A DNA stretch of 32,000 bases from Pseudothioglobus sp. nBUS_23 (GCF_051201565.1 NZ_CP179200.1:1350001-1382000), one strand, 5' to 3'. Positions 1 through 12,264 are shown, counted from the first letter of the stretch. Program-made: numbers and translations. The notes: generated from the sequence alone by a model not told the origin.

Positions 1-3000
1 ACAACTGTTAAGCCCTCATCAAAATCTATAAATGAAACCCGTCCAGAATTTTCAGCAATAATTGGATGCGTGTGTGGATCCCAGTCAGCTATTTTGTCTT
101 TAGCTTTAACTTTTCCACCATCTTTAAAGTGAACAACAGCACCATATGGCAACTTGTAACGCTCCATAACTTGACCTAAATCATTCCTGATAGAAGCTTC
201 TGAAGATCTAGAAACAACAACTAAATCTCCATTTGAGTTAGTTATAGATTTCATGTTTTCATAGTGTACTATACCGTCTGTATTGATATTGATACTGTTG
301 ACAGCTGTAGAAGAGCTTGCTGCACCACCAATATGGAATGTGCGCATTGTAAGCTGAGTTCCTGGCTCACCAATGGATTGAGCTGCTATGACACCTACTG
401 CTTCCCCAACTCCAATTTTGTGGCCCCTTGCCATATCATTACCATAACATGATGCACAAACACCATATGGCGTTTCACAAGTTATCGCAGACCTCACTTT
501 AATAAATTCAATACCAAGCTCATTGATGCGATCTGAATCTGAAAGAGTAATCAGGTGATCTTTTTCTAAGAATACTTCTTTACTATTTGGCATAAGTACA
601 TCCTCAGAAACAATCCTTCCAAGAACAGCGGAACCAAGTGTTTGAACAACATTACCACCGTCGATAACTGCTTTCATAACTAGTCCATTTTCAGTACCAC
701 AGTCTTCTTCAGTAACCACGAGGTCTTGACCCACATCAACTAGACGTCTTGTTAGATATCCAGAGTTAGCAGTTTTAAGTGCCGTATCCGCCAATCCTTT
801 TCTTGCTCCATGAGTTGAAATAAAGTATTGCATATTATTAAGACCTTCACGGAAGTTACTAGTGATTGGCGTCTCAATAATTGATCCATCTGGCTTAGCC
901 ATTAGTCCTCGCATACCGGCTAACTGCCTAATCTGCGCCGGGGAACCTCGAGCACCTGAGTCCGCCATCATGTAGATTGAATTGAAGGAAGGCTTCTTTT
1001 CAGTATTACCCTTAGCATCAGTAATCTCATCATAGCCCACTTTATCCATCATTGCTTTGGCAACTTCTTCAGATGTTCTAGACCAAATATCAATTACCTT
1101 GTTGTAACGCTCGCCATTTGTCACAACACCTGAGGCGAATTGCTGTTGAACATCTTTAATTTGAGAATTGGCCTTGTCAATCATTTCTGATTTTTCACTC
1201 GGTATGATCATGTCATTGGAGCAAAACGAAATTCCTGACTTTGTCGAAAACTCAAATCCCATGTACATCATTTGGTCTGCAAAAATAACAGTCTCTTTAA
1301 GTTCCTGAGTTCTGTAACAAACATGAATCAAGTTAGACACAACTTTTTTTGAAAGTGCTTCATTGATTAAATCAAAAGAGAGCCCCTTAGGTAGAATTCT
1401 TGAAAAAATTGCCCTACCTATTGTAGTATCAACAATTCGAGTGGTACTTGGCTCAAATCCAGAATCAGACTTCACATAATCTTGGACTCTTAGCTTAATT
1501 TTTGCATGAAGAGTGACTAATTTAGAGTCATAGGCCGCAAGAGCTTCATTGGTATTTGCAAAAATCATACCTTCACCCTTTTGATTAACCATTTCTCTAG
1601 TCATATAGTAGAGACCCAAAATCACATCCTGAGAAGGAATAATGATTGGATCACCACTGGCCAAATGAAGAATATTATTAGAAGCCAGCATCAGAGTTCT
1701 TGCTTCCAGCTGCGCCTCTTCTGATAACGGCACATGAACCGCCATTTGGTCACCATCAAAGTCTGCATTAAATGCAGTACAAACGAGAGGATGAAGCTGG
1801 ATAGCTTTACCCTCAATTAGTAAAGGTTCAAACGCCTGAATACCAAGTCTATGAAGAGTAGGGGCACGGTTCAATAGAACTGGATGCTGATGAACAACTC
1901 TCTCAAGGATATCCCAAACTTCTGGAATCTCACTTTCCACCATCTTTTTAGCCGCTTTAATTGTTGAAGCTAATCCATTAGCTTGAAGTCTATTGTAAAT
2001 AAATGGCTTGAATAACTCTAAAGCCATTTTCTTTGGTAAGCCACATTGATGAAGCTTTAAGTATGGGCCACAAACAATTACAGAACGACCGGAATAATCA
2101 ACTCTCTTACCTAAAAGATTTTGACGGAATCTACCTTGCTTTCCTTTAATCATGTCTGCTATTGACTTCAAAGGTCGTCTATTGTTTCCCATTACAGCAC
2201 GGCCACGTCGGCCATTATCTATAAGTGAGTCAACTGCCTCTTGAAGCATACGCTTTTCATTCCTAACAATAATCTCAGGGGCATCTAACTCTAAAAGTCT
2301 TCCAAGACGATTATTCCTGTTGATGACTCTTCGATATAAGTCATTCAAGTCAGAAGTTGCAAAGCGGCCGCCATCAAGAGGAACCAATGGCCTCAAATCA
2401 GGTGGCAAAATAGGCAATACATTCAAAACCATCCACTCCGGCTTGTTGCCAGATTTAATTAAAGAGTCAACCAACTTAAGTCTCTTATTGATTTTCTTTA
2501 GTTTTGTTTGAGATTTTGTGTTTAAAGCATCTTCTCTGAGAGTTGCTGCTTCTTTTTCAAGTTGCATTTCAGAAAGAACGTCTTGCATAGCTTCAGCACC
2601 CATCTTTGCAACAAATTCATCGTCACCATACTCATCAAGAGCATCGTAGTACATCTCTTCTGTTAAAAGTTGTTTTTTAATGAGCGGCGTATTACCAGGG
2701 TCAGTCACCAAAAAAGCTTCAAAATATAACACTCTCTCGATATCCTTCAGTGTCATATCCATTAAAAGACCTAATCTTGAGGGTAATGATTTCAAGTACC
2801 AGATATGAGCAACTGGAGCAGCGAGCTCAATATGCCCCATTCTTTCTCTTCTGACCTTTGATAGAGTCACTTCAACACCACATTTTTCACACACTACATT
2901 TCTAAACTTCATGCGCTTATATTTGCCGCATAAGCATTCAAAGTCTTTCATTGGTCCAAAAATTTTGGCACAAAATAAGCCTTCTCTTTCTGGCTTGAAA

Positions 3001-3143
3001 GTTCTGTAATTAATAGTCTCTGGTTTTTTAACTTCTCCAAAAGACCAAGAACGTATCTTTTCAGGAGAAGCTAAACCAACTCTAATTGCATCAAAATCTT
3101 GTTCTTTATTTTGCTGTTTTAAAATTTGTAATAAATCTTTCAA
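1..3143 (-). CDS. rpoC: DNA-directed RNA polymerase subunit beta-prime, N-terminal ~1047 codons (3' end lies beyond the left window edge)
   Basis: Absent from the ORF track because it has no stop in the window. Manual translation from TTG at 3143..3141 (AGGAGA upstream) gives [87 protein letters not shown] (Zn-binding region). The catalytic NADFDGD is encoded at 1769..1749. The frame is still open at position 3 (..[27 protein letters not shown]). It starts 14 nt after the rpoB stop. Confidence 0.95.
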   Translation of the reverse strand, partial: MKDLLQILKQQNKEQDFDAIRVGLASPEKIRSWSFGEVKKPETINYRTFKPEREGLFCAKIFGPMKDFECLCGKYKRMKFRNVVCEKCGVEVTLSKVRRERMGHIELAAPVAHIWYLKSLPSRLGLLMDMTLKDIERVLYFEAFLVTDPGNTPLIKKQLLTEEMYYDALDEYGDDEFVAKMGAEAMQDVLSEMQLEKEAATLREDALNTKSQTKLKKINKRLKLVDSLIKSGNKPEWMVLNVLPILPPDLRPLVPLDGGRFATSDLNDLYRRVINRNNRLGRLLELDAPEIIVRNEKRMLQEAVDSLIDNGRRGRAVMGNNRRPLKSIADMIKGKQGRFRQNLLGKRVDYSGRSVIVCGPYLKLHQCGLPKKMALELFKPFIYNRLQANGLASTIKAAKKMVESEIPEVWDILERVVHQHPVLLNRAPTLHRLGIQAFEPLLIEGKAIQLHPLVCTAFNADFDGDQMAVHVPLSEEAQLEARTLMLASNNILHLASGDPIIIPSQDVILGLYYMTREMVNQKGEGMIFANTNEALAAYDSKLVTLHAKIKLRVQDYVKSDSGFEPSTTRIVDTTIGRAIFSRILPKGLSFDLINEALSKKVVSNLIHVCYRTQELKETVIFADQMMYMGFEFSTKSGISFCSNDMIIPSEKSEMIDKANSQIKDVQQQFASGVVTNGERYNKVIDIWSRTSEEVAKAMMDKVGYDEITDAKGNTEKKPSFNSIYMMADSGARGSPAQIRQLAGMRGLMAKPDGSIIETPITSNFREGLNNMQYFISTHGARKGLADTALKTANSGYLTRRLVDVGQDLVVTEEDCGTENGLVMKAVIDGGNVVQTLGSAVLGRIVSEDVLMPNSKEVFLEKDHLITLSDSDRINELGIEFIKVRSAITCETPYGVCASCYGNDMARGHKIGVGEAVGVIAAQSIGEPGTQLTMRTFHIGGAASSSTAVNSININTDGIVHYENMKSITNSNGDLVVVSRSSEASIRNDLGQVMERYKLPYGAVVHFKDGGKVKAKDKIADWDPHTHPIIAENSGRVSFIDFDEGLTV

Positions 3144-3157
3144 AGGATTCTCCTAAT

Positions 3158-6100
3158 TTAATTTTGTTCTAGTTCAGTATCAATACCTAGAGATCTTATT
3201 TCTTTAACTAATACATTAAACGACTCAGGCATTACTGACTCAGTACGATTTTCACCATCAACAATGTTTTTATACATCTTAGCTCTACCGCTTACATCAT
3301 CAGACTTAACTGTCAACATTTCTCTAAGAGTATAAGCAGCACCATAGGCCTCAAGAGCCCATACTTCCATCTCTCCAAACCTCTGTCCACCAAATTGTGC
3401 TTTACCACTCAAAGGCTGCTGAGTTACAAGAGAGTATGGTCCAGTTGAACGCGCATGCATCTTATCATCAACCAAATGGTTAAGTTTTAACATGTGCATA
3501 TAACCAACAGTTACATCTCTATCAAAAGCGTCGCCAGTTCTTCCATCAAACAATTGAACTTGTCCACTTTCTGGTAAGTCAGCCATTTTTAGGAGCGATT
3601 TAATATCTTCTTCTTTAATGCCATCAAACACTGGAGTTGCCATCGGAACGCCAGAACGCAAATTATTAGCTAACTCTATAATTTCATCGTCTGTAAATGA
3701 TTTTAAGTCCTCTGCTTTTCCGTAACTATTGTAAATAGCATCCAGCATGGATCTAATCTGCTTAACTGTATCTTTACGTTGCTCATCTATAAGATTTCCA
3801 ATCTTGTGTCCAAGTCCTTTTGCAGCCCACCCTAGATGAACCTCTAGAACTTGCCCAACATTCATACGAGATGGAACACCTAAAGGGTTTAAAACAACAT
3901 CAACTGGAGTTCCATCGGCGAGATGTGGCATATCTTCAACTGGAGACACTCGCGAAATAACGCCTTTATTACCGTGCCTTCCAGCCATCTTATCACCAAC
4001 TTGAAGAGTTTTACGTGTTGCCACATAAACTTTAACCATTTTTTGAACACCAGGAGGTAATTCAGCACCTTCTTTAATTTTAGCTCTCTCTTGCTCAAAG
4101 AAAACTTCAAACTCTTCTTGCTTTGCTTTAGATTGTTTAATAAGAGCAGCTACTTCCTTATTCACAGCAGCATCCTTGACTTTAATCTTGGCAATATCAC
4201 CATTCTCAAGAGATTTCAGATCCTTAGCTGTAAGTTTGTCTCCGCTCTTAATATCCCCAACATTACTTGTAGATACATTTCCTGACAGCTTAAGACGAAT
4301 TCTTCTAAAGATATCTCCATCAATAATCCCGAACTCATCATCAATATCTTTTTTGATATTCTCTAGTCTTTCTTCATCAATCATTAGTGCCCTTGAATCT
4401 TTGGCTACTCGGTCTTTTGTAAAAATTTGAACATCAATTACAACGCCAGATTTTGACGCACCCATTCTCAATGAGGTGTCTTTAACATTATTAGCCTTTT
4501 CACCAAAAATAGCACGTAATAATTTCTCCTCTGGTGAAAGGACTGTTTCACTCTTTGGAGTTACTTTACCCACTAAGATATCACCACCCTTCACTCTTGC
4601 ACCAACATAAACAATACCAACATCATCAAGTTTTGATAATGCTGATTCACTTACGTTTGGAATATCTGCCGTTACCTCTTCTGCACCGAGCTTTGTATCT
4701 CTAGCATAAGCTGTAAGTTCTTCAATATGAATCGATGTATAGCGATCTTCCTGAACTACTTTTTCTGAAATTAGAATCGAATCTTCAAAGTTGTAACCAT
4801 TCCAAGGCATAAAAGCAATCATCATGTTTTGTCCAAGGGCTAGCTCACCCAAGTCCGTTGAAGGCCCATCTGCCAATACATCACCAGCAGCAACCTTATC
4901 TCCAGGCTGAACCAAAGGCTTTTGATTAATACATGTATTCTGATTTGAACGTGAATATTTAATCAAACTGTAAATATCAACACCCAATTCTCCAGCTTTA
5001 GTTTGCTTAGCATCAACCCTAATTACTATTCTTGATGCGTCAACAGTCTCAACTACTCCATCATGATCTGCAACAACGCAGACTCTAGAATCGGCAGCTA
5101 CAACTCTTTCAATACCAGTTCCAACAAGCGGCTTTTCAGCGCGCAGAACAGGAACAGCTTGACGCTGCATATTTGAACCCATCAGTGCGCGGTTAGCATC
5201 ATCATGCTCAAGGAATGGAATTAGAGAAGCGGCAACTGATGAAATCTGCTTAGAATCAATATCAATTAAAGTAACTTCAGACTTGTCGACCAATACAAAT
5301 TCATTCTTGTGTCTTCCTGAAACAAGATCATCTTGCAAGAAACCTTTAGAGTCTACTTTAGAGTTAGCTTGAGCAATAGTATGATCAATTTCATCAATTG
5401 CTGAAACGTAAACCACTTCTTGAGTTACTTGACCATTTTTTACTACTTGGTAAGGGGTCTCTAAAAATCCATAGGCATTAGTTTTTGCATAAACTGCTAA
5501 GGTATTGATTAGACCAATATTTGGTCCCTCAGGAGTCTCAATTGGACACAATCTACCATAGTGCGAAGGGTGAACATCTCTCACCTCAAATCCTGCTCTC
5601 TCTCTAGTTAAACCACCTGGCCCAAGAGCTGAAATTCTTCTCTTATGAGTTACACCAGACAATGGGTTTACTTGATCCATAAACTGAGATAGCTGTGAGG
5701 AGCCAAAAAACTCTCTGACTGCTGCTGAAACCGGCTTTGAATTGATTAAATCTTGCGGAGTTAATTCATCTGTCTCAGCTAGGTTTAGGCCTTCTTTTAC
5801 AGCTTTTTCAACACGTATAAGACCAATTCTGAATTGATTTTCAATCATTTCACCAATTGCTCTAACACGTCTATTAGCCAATGTATCAACATCATCAACT
5901 ACATCATGGCCATTTTTAATATCAATTAGTTTTTTGATAACATTAATAATGTCATCATGAGTTAACACATGCTCACCTGTCTCACTTTCAATTCCAAGGC
6001 GCCTGTTTAGTTTCATGCGTCCTACTCTTGATAGATCATATCGATCATTATTGAAGAACAAGTTAGAGAACAAAGAATTAACCGCATCTTCAGTCGCAGG

Positions 6101-7240
6101 CTCACCCGGCCTCATGACATGATAAATAGACATGCGCGCTTCGATCTCAGTTTGCAACTCGTCTAGACGCAAAGTATCTGAAATGTATGCACCATTTTCA
6201 GCATCATTAATATAAATAATATTAATTTTTTTAGTTTTAGTAGTAGTTAAAACTTCAATAGATTCTTCAGATATCAAAGAGTTTGCTTCGAGTAATATTT
6301 CACCTGTATCTGTGTCGACTATATCTGACGAAATTACCTTGCCAATGAGGTATTCAAGCGGTGCATTAATCGAATCTACTTTAGCAGCTTGAAGCTGCTT
6401 GATGTGCTTAGCTGTAATTCTTCTACCTTTTTCAACAATCAAGTCTTTACCAATTTTTATGTCAAATTCAGCTATGATTCCTCTTAGTAGCTCTGGTTTA
6501 ATAACTAAGTCACATGACTTAGCCTTAAACTTAACAGTTATATGGTCAAAGAAAGTGTCAATAATTTCATTTGAAGACTGGCCCATTGCACGCAGAAGCG
6601 TGGTCACAGGCAACTTCCTTCTTCTGTCGATACGAACAAATAGATGCTCATGATGGTCAAATTCAAAATCGAGCCACGACCCACGGTAAGGTATTACGCG
6701 TGAAGAGAATAATATTTTGCCTGATGAGTGAGTTTTGCCTTTATCGTGCTCAAAAATTACACCTGGAGAACGGTGAAGCTGAGAAACAACAACACGCTCT
6801 GTTCCATTAATGACAAAAGTTCCAGTATCAGTCATGAGAGGAAGCTGCCCTAAGTAAACGCTTTCTTCAATGACCTGCTTAACACGGCGCTTTTTCTTTA
6901 AATTTGATCCATTTTTATCAAACAACACCAGGTTTAACTTAACTTGCAAAGTTGCGGCGTAGGTAACTCCTCTCAATTTACATTCTTTTACGTTGTATTT
7001 TGGCTCTTGAAGCTCATAATCCAGATACTCAATCTCTGCATAACCATTCAGGGCTGTAATTGGAAATACAGATTGGAAAACTGAGTGAAGACCAATATTT
7101 TCTTTTTCAGCTGCACCAGCTTGAATAAAGGTATTGAATGAATTAATTTGGATGGATAATAAATCTGGTTCTTTAAGAACAGACTCTCTCGTTCCAAAAT
7201 TATTTCTGATACGTTTTTTTTCTGTAAATGAATAAGTCAT
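3158..7240 (-). CDS. rpoB: DNA-directed RNA polymerase subunit beta
   Basis: 1360-aa ORF. The N-terminus [16 protein letters not shown].. parallels E. coli MVYSYTEKKRIRKDFG. It is conserved throughout ([53 protein letters not shown]-like C-terminus). Position is the canonical rplL-rpoB-rpoC order. Confidence 0.98.
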   Translation of the reverse strand: MTYSFTEKKRIRNNFGTRESVLKEPDLLSIQINSFNTFIQAGAAEKENIGLHSVFQSVFPITALNGYAEIEYLDYELQEPKYNVKECKLRGVTYAATLQVKLNLVLFDKNGSNLKKKRRVKQVIEESVYLGQLPLMTDTGTFVINGTERVVVSQLHRSPGVIFEHDKGKTHSSGKILFSSRVIPYRGSWLDFEFDHHEHLFVRIDRRRKLPVTTLLRAMGQSSNEIIDTFFDHITVKFKAKSCDLVIKPELLRGIIAEFDIKIGKDLIVEKGRRITAKHIKQLQAAKVDSINAPLEYLIGKVISSDIVDTDTGEILLEANSLISEESIEVLTTTKTKKINIIYINDAENGAYISDTLRLDELQTEIEARMSIYHVMRPGEPATEDAVNSLFSNLFFNNDRYDLSRVGRMKLNRRLGIESETGEHVLTHDDIINVIKKLIDIKNGHDVVDDVDTLANRRVRAIGEMIENQFRIGLIRVEKAVKEGLNLAETDELTPQDLINSKPVSAAVREFFGSSQLSQFMDQVNPLSGVTHKRRISALGPGGLTRERAGFEVRDVHPSHYGRLCPIETPEGPNIGLINTLAVYAKTNAYGFLETPYQVVKNGQVTQEVVYVSAIDEIDHTIAQANSKVDSKGFLQDDLVSGRHKNEFVLVDKSEVTLIDIDSKQISSVAASLIPFLEHDDANRALMGSNMQRQAVPVLRAEKPLVGTGIERVVAADSRVCVVADHDGVVETVDASRIVIRVDAKQTKAGELGVDIYSLIKYSRSNQNTCINQKPLVQPGDKVAAGDVLADGPSTDLGELALGQNMMIAFMPWNGYNFEDSILISEKVVQEDRYTSIHIEELTAYARDTKLGAEEVTADIPNVSESALSKLDDVGIVYVGARVKGGDILVGKVTPKSETVLSPEEKLLRAIFGEKANNVKDTSLRMGASKSGVVIDVQIFTKDRVAKDSRALMIDEERLENIKKDIDDEFGIIDGDIFRRIRLKLSGNVSTSNVGDIKSGDKLTAKDLKSLENGDIAKIKVKDAAVNKEVAALIKQSKAKQEEFEVFFEQERAKIKEGAELPPGVQKMVKVYVATRKTLQVGDKMAGRHGNKGVISRVSPVEDMPHLADGTPVDVVLNPLGVPSRMNVGQVLEVHLGWAAKGLGHKIGNLIDEQRKDTVKQIRSMLDAIYNSYGKAEDLKSFTDDEIIELANNLRSGVPMATPVFDGIKEEDIKSLLKMADLPESGQVQLFDGRTGDAFDRDVTVGYMHMLKLNHLVDDKMHARSTGPYSLVTQQPLSGKAQFGGQRFGEMEVWALEAYGAAYTLREMLTVKSDDVSGRAKMYKNIVDGENRTESVMPESFNVLVKEIRSLGIDTELEQN

Positions 7241-7283
7241 GAATGCCCCGTATTAATCAATAAATTATTTTCAAAATTACTTT

Positions 7284-7322
7284 TGAATAAAAACACCAAA
7301 ATCCCCTTTTGGGGATTTTGGT
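7284..7322 (-). terminator. Intrinsic terminator/attenuator between rplL and rpoB
   Basis: The minus strand reads ACCAAAAUCCCC-AAAA-GGGGAUUUUGGU (perfect 12-bp stem, 7295..7322) followed by GUUUUUAUU. It lies in the rplL-rpoB spacer, where E. coli has its well-known partial terminator. Confidence 0.7.
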
Positions 7323-7339
7323 TTATAGCATCGAACAAA

Positions 7340-7720
7340 TTACTTAAGTTCTACGCTAGCGCCAGCTTCTTCAAGCTGCTTTTGCATATCATCAGCTTCA
7401 GCTTTTGAAACACCTTCTTTGACTGCTGCTGGAGCACTTTCAACTAGATCTTTTGCTTCCTTAAGACCCAATCCAGTAATGCCACGAACAGCTTTAATGA
7501 CAGCAACTTTCTTGTCGCCAAAGCTTGTGATCATTACATCAAATTCAGTCTTCTCTTCTGCCGCCGCACCAGCTTCTGCTGCTACAGCTACTGGAGCTGC
7601 AGCAACTGCTGCTGCTGACACTCCAAACTTCTCTTCCATTGCTGAGACTAACTCAACAACGTCCATTACAGACATGTCTGCAATTGCATTTAAAATATCT
7701 TCGTTACTTAATTTCGCCAT
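7340..7720 (-). CDS. rplL: 50S ribosomal protein L7/L12
   Basis: 126 aa with an Ala-rich hinge and the C-terminal domain [24 protein letters not shown]..; rplJ is immediately upstream. Confidence 0.97.
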   Translation of the reverse strand: MAKLSNEDILNAIADMSVMDVVELVSAMEEKFGVSAAAVAAAPVAVAAEAGAAAEEKTEFDVMITSFGDKKVAVIKAVRGITGLGLKEAKDLVESAPAAVKEGVSKAEADDMQKQLEEAGASVELK

Positions 7721-7741
7721 GATATTTACTCCTCTATATTA

Positions 7742-8263
7742 TTATTGTTTTTGATCACGAACAGCTGCCACGACACGAGTTAACTTGGTAGGAACTTCAT
7801 TCAAAGTTCTAGCTAGTTTTTCAGTCGGTGCTAGCATTAGCGCCATCAACATACTGATTGCTTGATCTTTAGTCGGAAGACTCGCGATTCTTTTAAGTTG
7901 ATCTGCATCAACAAATTCTCCCGATACTCCCAAACCTTTAACAACTAAATCTTTATTTTCTTTAATAAAGTCGCGAAAAACGCGTGCAACAGCACCCGGA
8001 TCTTCTTGAGAAAAACCCAAAATAACCGGACCACTTAAGACTGGTGTAATACACTCACAACCTGTCTCTGCTAACGCTCTCTTTGCTAAAGTGTTTTTTA
8101 CAACACGCAATGAGACATCTGCTTCCATAGCAGAATTTCGCAAATTAGTCATTTGTTCAACATTCAATCCGCGATACTCAGCAGCACCAACAGATATAGC
8201 GCTCATAGCGACCGCATTAACCTGCTCGACAACTGCTTTTTTTGCTTCAAGATTTAGAGCCAT
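7742..8263 (-). CDS. rplJ: 50S ribosomal protein L10
   Basis: The ORF track extends to 8374, but homology begins at [16 protein letters not shown] (E. coli MALNLQDKQAIVAEV). The ATG at 8263..8261 is preceded by AGGAGAG. The 37 upstream codons have no L10 similarity. Confidence 0.93.
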   Translation of the reverse strand: MALNLEAKKAVVEQVNAVAMSAISVGAAEYRGLNVEQMTNLRNSAMEADVSLRVVKNTLAKRALAETGCECITPVLSGPVILGFSQEDPGAVARVFRDFIKENKDLVVKGLGVSGEFVDADQLKRIASLPTKDQAISMLMALMLAPTEKLARTLNEVPTKLTRVVAAVRDQKQ

Positions 8264-8484
8264 AAGCCTCTCCTGAACAGTTAAAAAAAAGAAAGCTATA
8301 AAATTACAACTTTCGCCACAAGGTATTTTCATACCCTCTACATAGGCAAATTGAAGGATCAATTTATTAAGCAATTCACTGCAAGCAGTTCATCGCACCT
8401 ATGGTCTTTGAGGCATGACAAGTCACCTTGTCGCCCAAAGAATTCAATACTGATTAATTAAAATTAATCAGTAGTTAAAACTAA
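8264..8484 (-). promoter_or_regulatory. rplJ leader and rplA-rplJ spacer (putative L10 autoregulatory leader plus promoter; boundaries undefined)
   Basis: At 221 nt this is the longest spacer in the ribosomal block. It contains small hairpins with GNRA-type loops on the minus strand (GACAAG-GUGA-CUUGUC; GGUAU-GAAA-AUACC). In E. coli the L10-(L12)4 complex binds the rplJ leader. The assignment here rests on position only. Confidence 0.3.
8449..8472 (-). terminator. AT-rich hairpin just after rplA (possible weak terminator/attenuator)
   Basis: Perfect 10-bp stem ACTGATTAAT / ATTAATCAGT with a 4-nt loop, 13 nt after the rplA stop. It is followed on the minus strand by AUUGAAUUCUUU, which is only moderately U-rich. 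Confidence 0.3.
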
Positions 8485-9180
8485 TTAAATATCTACACTC
8501 GCACCATCAACGTTTAAACCTGGGCCCATTGTCGATGAAACACTAATCTTTTTAAAATAAACACCTTTCGCGGAACTTGGTTTCGCTTTTTTTAACGCTT
8601 CAATTAGAGCAGCAATATTCTCCTCAAGTGCTTTTACGTCAAAAGATGCTTTACCAATTCCTGCATGAACAATTCCAGACTTATCTGCACGATATCGTAC
8701 CTGACCAGCTTTTGCGTTCTTTACAGCAGTTGCAACATCTGGTGTAACAGTTCCAACTTTTGGATTTGGCATGAGACCACGAGGCCCTAAAACTTGACCT
8801 AGTCTTCCTACTACTCCCATTGCATCAGGTGAAGCAATAACTACATCATAGTTCAGGTCACCATCCTGCATAGATTTCATTAAATCATCCATACCTACAA
8901 CATCAGCACCGGCATCAGTAGCTTTTTGAGCATTATCGCCTTGAGTAAAAACTGCAACGCGAACTACTTTTCCAGTTCCATTCGGAAGAACAACAGCACC
9001 ACGAACATTTTGATCTGACTTCTTCGTGTCAATACCCAGATTAATACTAACGTCAACTGACTCATCAAATTTTGCAGTTGCACATTCTTTAACCAAAGCT
9101 AAAGCATCCGAAATTTTGTATTTTGAACCTACTTTAATTTTTGATAAATTTTCTTTTTGATTTTTCGACAAGCTAGCCAT
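8485..9180 (-). CDS. rplA: 50S ribosomal protein L1
   Basis: Strong similarity to E. coli L1 ([35 protein letters not shown]; [20 protein letters not shown]). The minus strand reads GGAGGG-TTG-ATG-ATG-GCT. The ORF track uses the TTG at 9186. The second ATG (9180) gives MASLSK.. and the best SD spacing. The start could also be 9183. Confidence 0.93.
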   Translation of the reverse strand: MASLSKNQKENLSKIKVGSKYKISDALALVKECATAKFDESVDVSINLGIDTKKSDQNVRGAVVLPNGTGKVVRVAVFTQGDNAQKATDAGADVVGMDDLMKSMQDGDLNYDVVIASPDAMGVVGRLGQVLGPRGLMPNPKVGTVTPDVATAVKNAKAGQVRYRADKSGIVHAGIGKASFDVKALEENIAALIEALKKAKPSSAKGVYFKKISVSSTMGPGLNVDGASVDI

Positions 9181-9182
9181 CA

Positions 9183-9611
9183 TCAACCCTCCACCACAAG
9201 GCCCATTGAACGGGCAGTTCCAGCTACAATCTGAACAGCAGCATCTAGATCATTTGCATTTAAATCTTTCATTTTGATATTAGCAACTTCCTCTAATTGG
9301 GCACGAGTTACTGTTCCAACCTTATTAATATGAGGCTCACCACTTCCCTTGGCAATACCTGTCACTTTTCTAAGCAAGACAGCTGCAGGCGGTGTTTTTG
9401 TTACAAACGTGAAGCTTCTATCGTTGTATACAGTAATAATAACTGGAACAGGCATACCTTTATCAAGCTCTTGGGTCTGAGCGTTAAATGCCTTACAAAA
9501 ATCCATAATATTAACACCATGCTGACCTAACGCAGGACCCACTGGTGGGGATGGATTAGCTTCTGCTGCAGGTACCTGCAACTTAATATATGATTCAATT
9601 TTTTTTGCCAT
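9183..9611 (-). CDS. rplK: 50S ribosomal protein L11
   Basis: [44 protein letters not shown] is near-identical in pattern to E. coli L11. Its TGA stop overlaps the rplA start region. Confidence 0.97.
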   Translation of the reverse strand: MAKKIESYIKLQVPAAEANPSPPVGPALGQHGVNIMDFCKAFNAQTQELDKGMPVPVIITVYNDRSFTFVTKTPPAAVLLRKVTGIAKGSGEPHINKVGTVTRAQLEEVANIKMKDLNANDLDAAVQIVAGTARSMGLVVEG

Positions 9612-9676
9612 TTTTATCTCCTATGGGTACAAACGCTGCAAAGCTCCCCGTTTACAAAATCAGCCCAAAGGCTTTG

Positions 9677-10210
9677 TTATGTTTTCTCCACTTGAGAAAA
9701 CTCTAATTCAACTGCAGTAGTTCTTCCAAAAATTAAGACTTCTACTGTCAGCAAACTCTTTTCATAGTTCACGTTTTCAACGATTCCATTAAACTCATTA
9801 AATGGGCCATCAATAACTAGAACCTCTTCACCTGGCTGGAACGCGACCTTAGGCTTCGGTTTGTCTGCTCCTTCTTGTACGCGAGCAAAAATTCTATCAA
9901 CTTCTCTCTGAGTTATTGGTGAAGGTTTGCCTGATGAACCACCTATAAATCCAATAACATTATTTGTGTTTTTAACTAGCAACCAGCTTGGCTCTGTTAA
10001 TTCCATCTTCACCAGCATGTAGCCAGGGAAAAACTTACGCTCAGTCTCTTTTTTCTTGCCGCCTTTTAATTCAACTACCTGCTCAGTAGGAATCAAAATT
10101 TCACCTACCAAATCCTCTAGTCCTTCTCTTGCGACAGCTTCTTCAATTGCTAGCTTAACCTTAGCTTCGTAGCCGCTTCTAGCGTGGATTACAAACCAAT
10201 TTTTAGACAT
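9677..10210 (-). CDS. nusG: Transcription termination/antitermination factor NusG
   Basis: 177 aa with an NGN domain (WFVIHARSGYE) and a KOW region (GEEVLVIDGPFNEFNGIVENV). Position is the canonical secE-nusG-rplK order. Confidence 0.95.
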   Translation of the reverse strand: MSKNWFVIHARSGYEAKVKLAIEEAVAREGLEDLVGEILIPTEQVVELKGGKKKETERKFFPGYMLVKMELTEPSWLLVKNTNNVIGFIGGSSGKPSPITQREVDRIFARVQEGADKPKPKVAFQPGEEVLVIDGPFNEFNGIVENVNYEKSLLTVEVLIFGRTTAVELEFSQVEKT

Positions 10211-10232
10211 TAAAATCCTTTATTCAAAAAAG

Positions 10233-10607
10233 TTAAATTGAAGCAATTGATTGAACACCCCATGTAAAGAATGCATCCACAATCCAAAGAAAAATAGCCA
10301 CTATAACTACTGCAATCATAATGATTCCAGTTGTTTTAAAGGTTTCTTCCCTAGTCGGCCAAACAACTTTTCTTAGCTCAATACGAGTTTCTTTTAAAAA
10401 GTGTTGGAACCTATCACCTTGGCTAGATTTAATGAAAACACCACCTGCAACTAAAAACCAAACTAGGGTAACTAAAACCTTTGTTAATGAATTGAAGTTT
10501 AGAGGATTAGTGTAATATAAAGCTAGCGCTGCAACAACAATAACAATTGCCAGGATAGTCTTCCATTGATCAGAACCGCTCTTTAAATTGTCTATTTGTT
10601 TAGCCAC
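10233..10607 (-). CDS. secE: Preprotein translocase subunit SecE
   Basis: 124 aa with three hydrophobic segments and the conserved C-terminal motif ETRIELRKVVWPTREET. GTG start with AAGGA 6 nt upstream. It begins 15 nt after tRNA-Trp. Confidence 0.9.
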   Translation of the reverse strand: MAKQIDNLKSGSDQWKTILAIVIVVAALALYYTNPLNFNSLTKVLVTLVWFLVAGGVFIKSSQGDRFQHFLKETRIELRKVVWPTREETFKTTGIIMIAVVIVAIFLWIVDAFFTWGVQSIASI

Positions 10608-10622
10608 ATGTATCCTTTAATT

Positions 10623-10698
10623 TGGCAGGCAAGGAGGGACTCGAACCCCCAACCAATGGTTTTGGAGACCACTACTCTACCAATTGAGCCACTTGCCT
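10623..10698 (-). tRNA. tRNA-Trp (anticodon CCA), CCA end encoded
   Basis: The reverse complement AGGCAAGTGGCTCAATTGGTAGAGTAGTGGTCTCCAAAACCATTGGTTGGGGGTTCGAGTCCCTCCTTGCCTGCCA folds by hand as a cloverleaf: acceptor AGGCAAG/CTTGCCT, anticodon loop CTCCAAA, T-loop GGTTCGAGTCC. Confidence 0.95.
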
Positions 10699-10710
10699 AT
10701 ATATCAAATT

Positions 10711-10741
10711 CCAAAAGATGGCCACCTAAAAAAGGCAGCCA
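10711..10741 (-). terminator. Hairpin after tuf (weak terminator or processing structure)
   Basis: The minus strand reads GGCUGCCU-UUUUU-AGGUGGCC (8 bp including two G-U pairs) followed by AUCUUUUGG. Only about 12 nt separate it from the tRNA-Trp 5' end, so read-through or processing is likely. Confidence 0.35.
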
Positions 10742-10758
10742 CCCACTATAAATTAATC

Positions 10759-11949
10759 TTAATTCGTAATCTTCGAGACGACGCCAGCACCAACTGTGCG
10801 TCCACCTTCTCTAATTGCAAATCTTAATCCTTCTTCCATTGCAATCGGAGCAAGCAGCTCAACTGTCATCTTCACATTGTCACCTGGCATGACCATTTCA
10901 GTACCTGATGGTAACTCAACTGCGCCGGTCACGTCTGTTGTTCTAAAGTAGAACTGTGGACGATAGTTGTTGAAGAATGGAGTATGACGTCCACCTTCCT
11001 CTTTGCTTAAGATATATACCTCAGCCTCAAACTTAGTGTGCGGAGTGATTGTCCCTTTCTTCGCTAGTACTTGACCACGCTCAACTTCTTCACGCTTAGT
11101 ACCACGAAGAAGAACACCAACGTTATCACCTGCTTCACCTGAGTCAAGCAACTTTCTAAACATTTCAACACCTGTGCAGGTTGTCAACTGCGTGTCTTTA
11201 ATACCTACGATTTCGATTTCATCACCGACGTTTACAACACCACGCTCAATACGACCCGTTACAACTGTTCCACGACCTGAGATTGAGAATACGTCCTCAA
11301 TTGGCATTAGGAATGTCTTGTCTGTGTCACGCTCTGGCGTTGGGATATAAGAATCCAATGCATCAACCAACTTCATGATTGAAGGGACACCGATATCTGA
11401 CGTGTCGCCTTCTAGTGCTTTTAGCGCTGAACCAAAAACAACTGGCGTGTCATCACCTGGGAATTCATATTCTGTTAGCAGCTCACGGATCTCCATCTCG
11501 ACTAGCTCAACGAGCTCTTCATCGTCAACCATGTCCGCTTTGTTCATGTACACAACGATGTATGGAACGCCCACCTGACGAGACAATAGAATGTGCTCAC
11601 GTGTTTGAGCCATTGGTCCGTCAGTTGCAGCGATTACAATAATAGCGCCGTCCATCTGCGCAGCACCTGTAATCATATTCTTTACATAGTCAGCGTGCCC
11701 CGGACAGTCAACGTGTGCGTAGTGACGAGACTCTGACTCGTACTCTACGTGTGCTGTTGAGATAGTGATACCACGCTCTCTTTCTTCAGGAGCATTATCA
11801 ATATCAGCGTAATCCTTGAACTCACCGCCACGTGCTTCAGCCATCACCTTCGTTAGGGCTGCTGTTAAAGTCGTTTTACCATGGTCAACGTGACCAATCG
11901 TTCCCACATTCACATGTGGTTTGGTTCTTTCAAATTTTTCTTTTGCCAT
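10759..11949 (-). CDS. tuf: Elongation factor Tu
   Basis: [31 protein letters not shown].. is a canonical EF-Tu N-terminus. The ATG at 11949 is preceded by AGGGGA. The ORF-track start at 11973 adds 8 non-homologous residues and would abut tRNA-Thr. Confidence 0.98.
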   Translation of the reverse strand: MAKEKFERTKPHVNVGTIGHVDHGKTTLTAALTKVMAEARGGEFKDYADIDNAPEERERGITISTAHVEYESESRHYAHVDCPGHADYVKNMITGAAQMDGAIIVIAATDGPMAQTREHILLSRQVGVPYIVVYMNKADMVDDEELVELVEMEIRELLTEYEFPGDDTPVVFGSALKALEGDTSDIGVPSIMKLVDALDSYIPTPERDTDKTFLMPIEDVFSISGRGTVVTGRIERGVVNVGDEIEIVGIKDTQLTTCTGVEMFRKLLDSGEAGDNVGVLLRGTKREEVERGQVLAKKGTITPHTKFEAEVYILSKEEGGRHTPFFNNYRPQFYFRTTDVTGAVELPSGTEMVMPGDNVKMTVELLAPIAMEEGLRFAIREGGRTVGAGVVSKITN

Positions 11950-11980
11950 TTTTAATCCCCTGTATACATTCAAATTAAAG

Positions 11981-12056
<76 letters not shown>

Positions 12057-12071
12057 ACGTTCCTAACCACA

Positions 12072-12145
12072 TGGAGCGGGTGATGGGAATCGAACCCACC
12101 TCATTAGCTTGGAAGGCTAAGGTAATACCAATATACGACACCCGC
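12072..12145 (-). tRNA. tRNA-Gly (anticodon TCC)
   Basis: Reverse complement GCGGGTGTCGTATATTGGTATTACCTTAGCCTTCCAAGCTAATGAGGTGGGTTCGATTCCCATCACCCGCTCCA. Acceptor GCGGGTG/CACCCGC, anticodon stem TTAGC/GCTAA with loop CTTCCAA. Confidence 0.9.
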
Positions 12146-12163
12146 AATTTCCTTTTTTTTCTC

Positions 12164-12248
12164 TGGTGGAGGGAGTTGGATTCGAACCAACGTACTCAGA
12201 GAGAACGGATTTACAGTCCGTCGCCTTTAACCACTCGGCCACCCCTCC
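12164..12248 (-). tRNA. tRNA-Tyr (anticodon GTA), long variable arm
   Basis: Reverse complement GGAGGGGTGGCCGAGTGGTTAAAGGCGACGGACTGTAAATCCGTTCTCTCTGAGTACGTTGGTTCGAATCCAACTCCCTCCACCA. Anticodon loop CTGTAAA. 85 nt, class II tRNA. Confidence 0.93.
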
Positions 12249-12264
12249 AAAAAAACAATCGGAC

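Noticed and set aside
264-2511. Plus-strand ORFs 264..452 and 2320..2511
   Set aside because: They are antisense to the continuous rpoC reading frame, so they are spurious.
3889-6810. Five short ORFs (64-84 aa) inside or antisense to rpoB (3889..4110, 4091..4285, 4176..4430, 6399..6653, 6571..6810)
   Set aside because: All are nested within the highly conserved rpoB frame, have low-complexity composition, and carry no start signals.
7419-7754. 111-aa plus-strand ORF (Ala/Ser/Thr-rich)
   Set aside because: It is antisense to rplL. It is an artefact of the GCN-rich Ala hinge read on the opposite strand and has no independent start signals.
8264-8374. N-terminal 37-codon extension of rplJ in the ORF track
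   Set aside because: L10 homology starts at MALNLEAKK, which has a strong SD. The extension has no similarity and lies in the expected leader RNA.
9612-9676. nusG-rplK spacer as an L1-binding autoregulatory leader or terminator
   Set aside because: Only a 4-bp GC stem (AGCC-UUUG-GGCU) and a GGGAG motif are visible, which is too weak to call without a covariance model.
11950-11973. 8-codon N-terminal extension of tuf (MNVYRGLK)
   Set aside because: The EF-Tu N-terminus MAKEKF is universally conserved and has its own SD. The extended start would sit 7 nt from tRNA-Thr.
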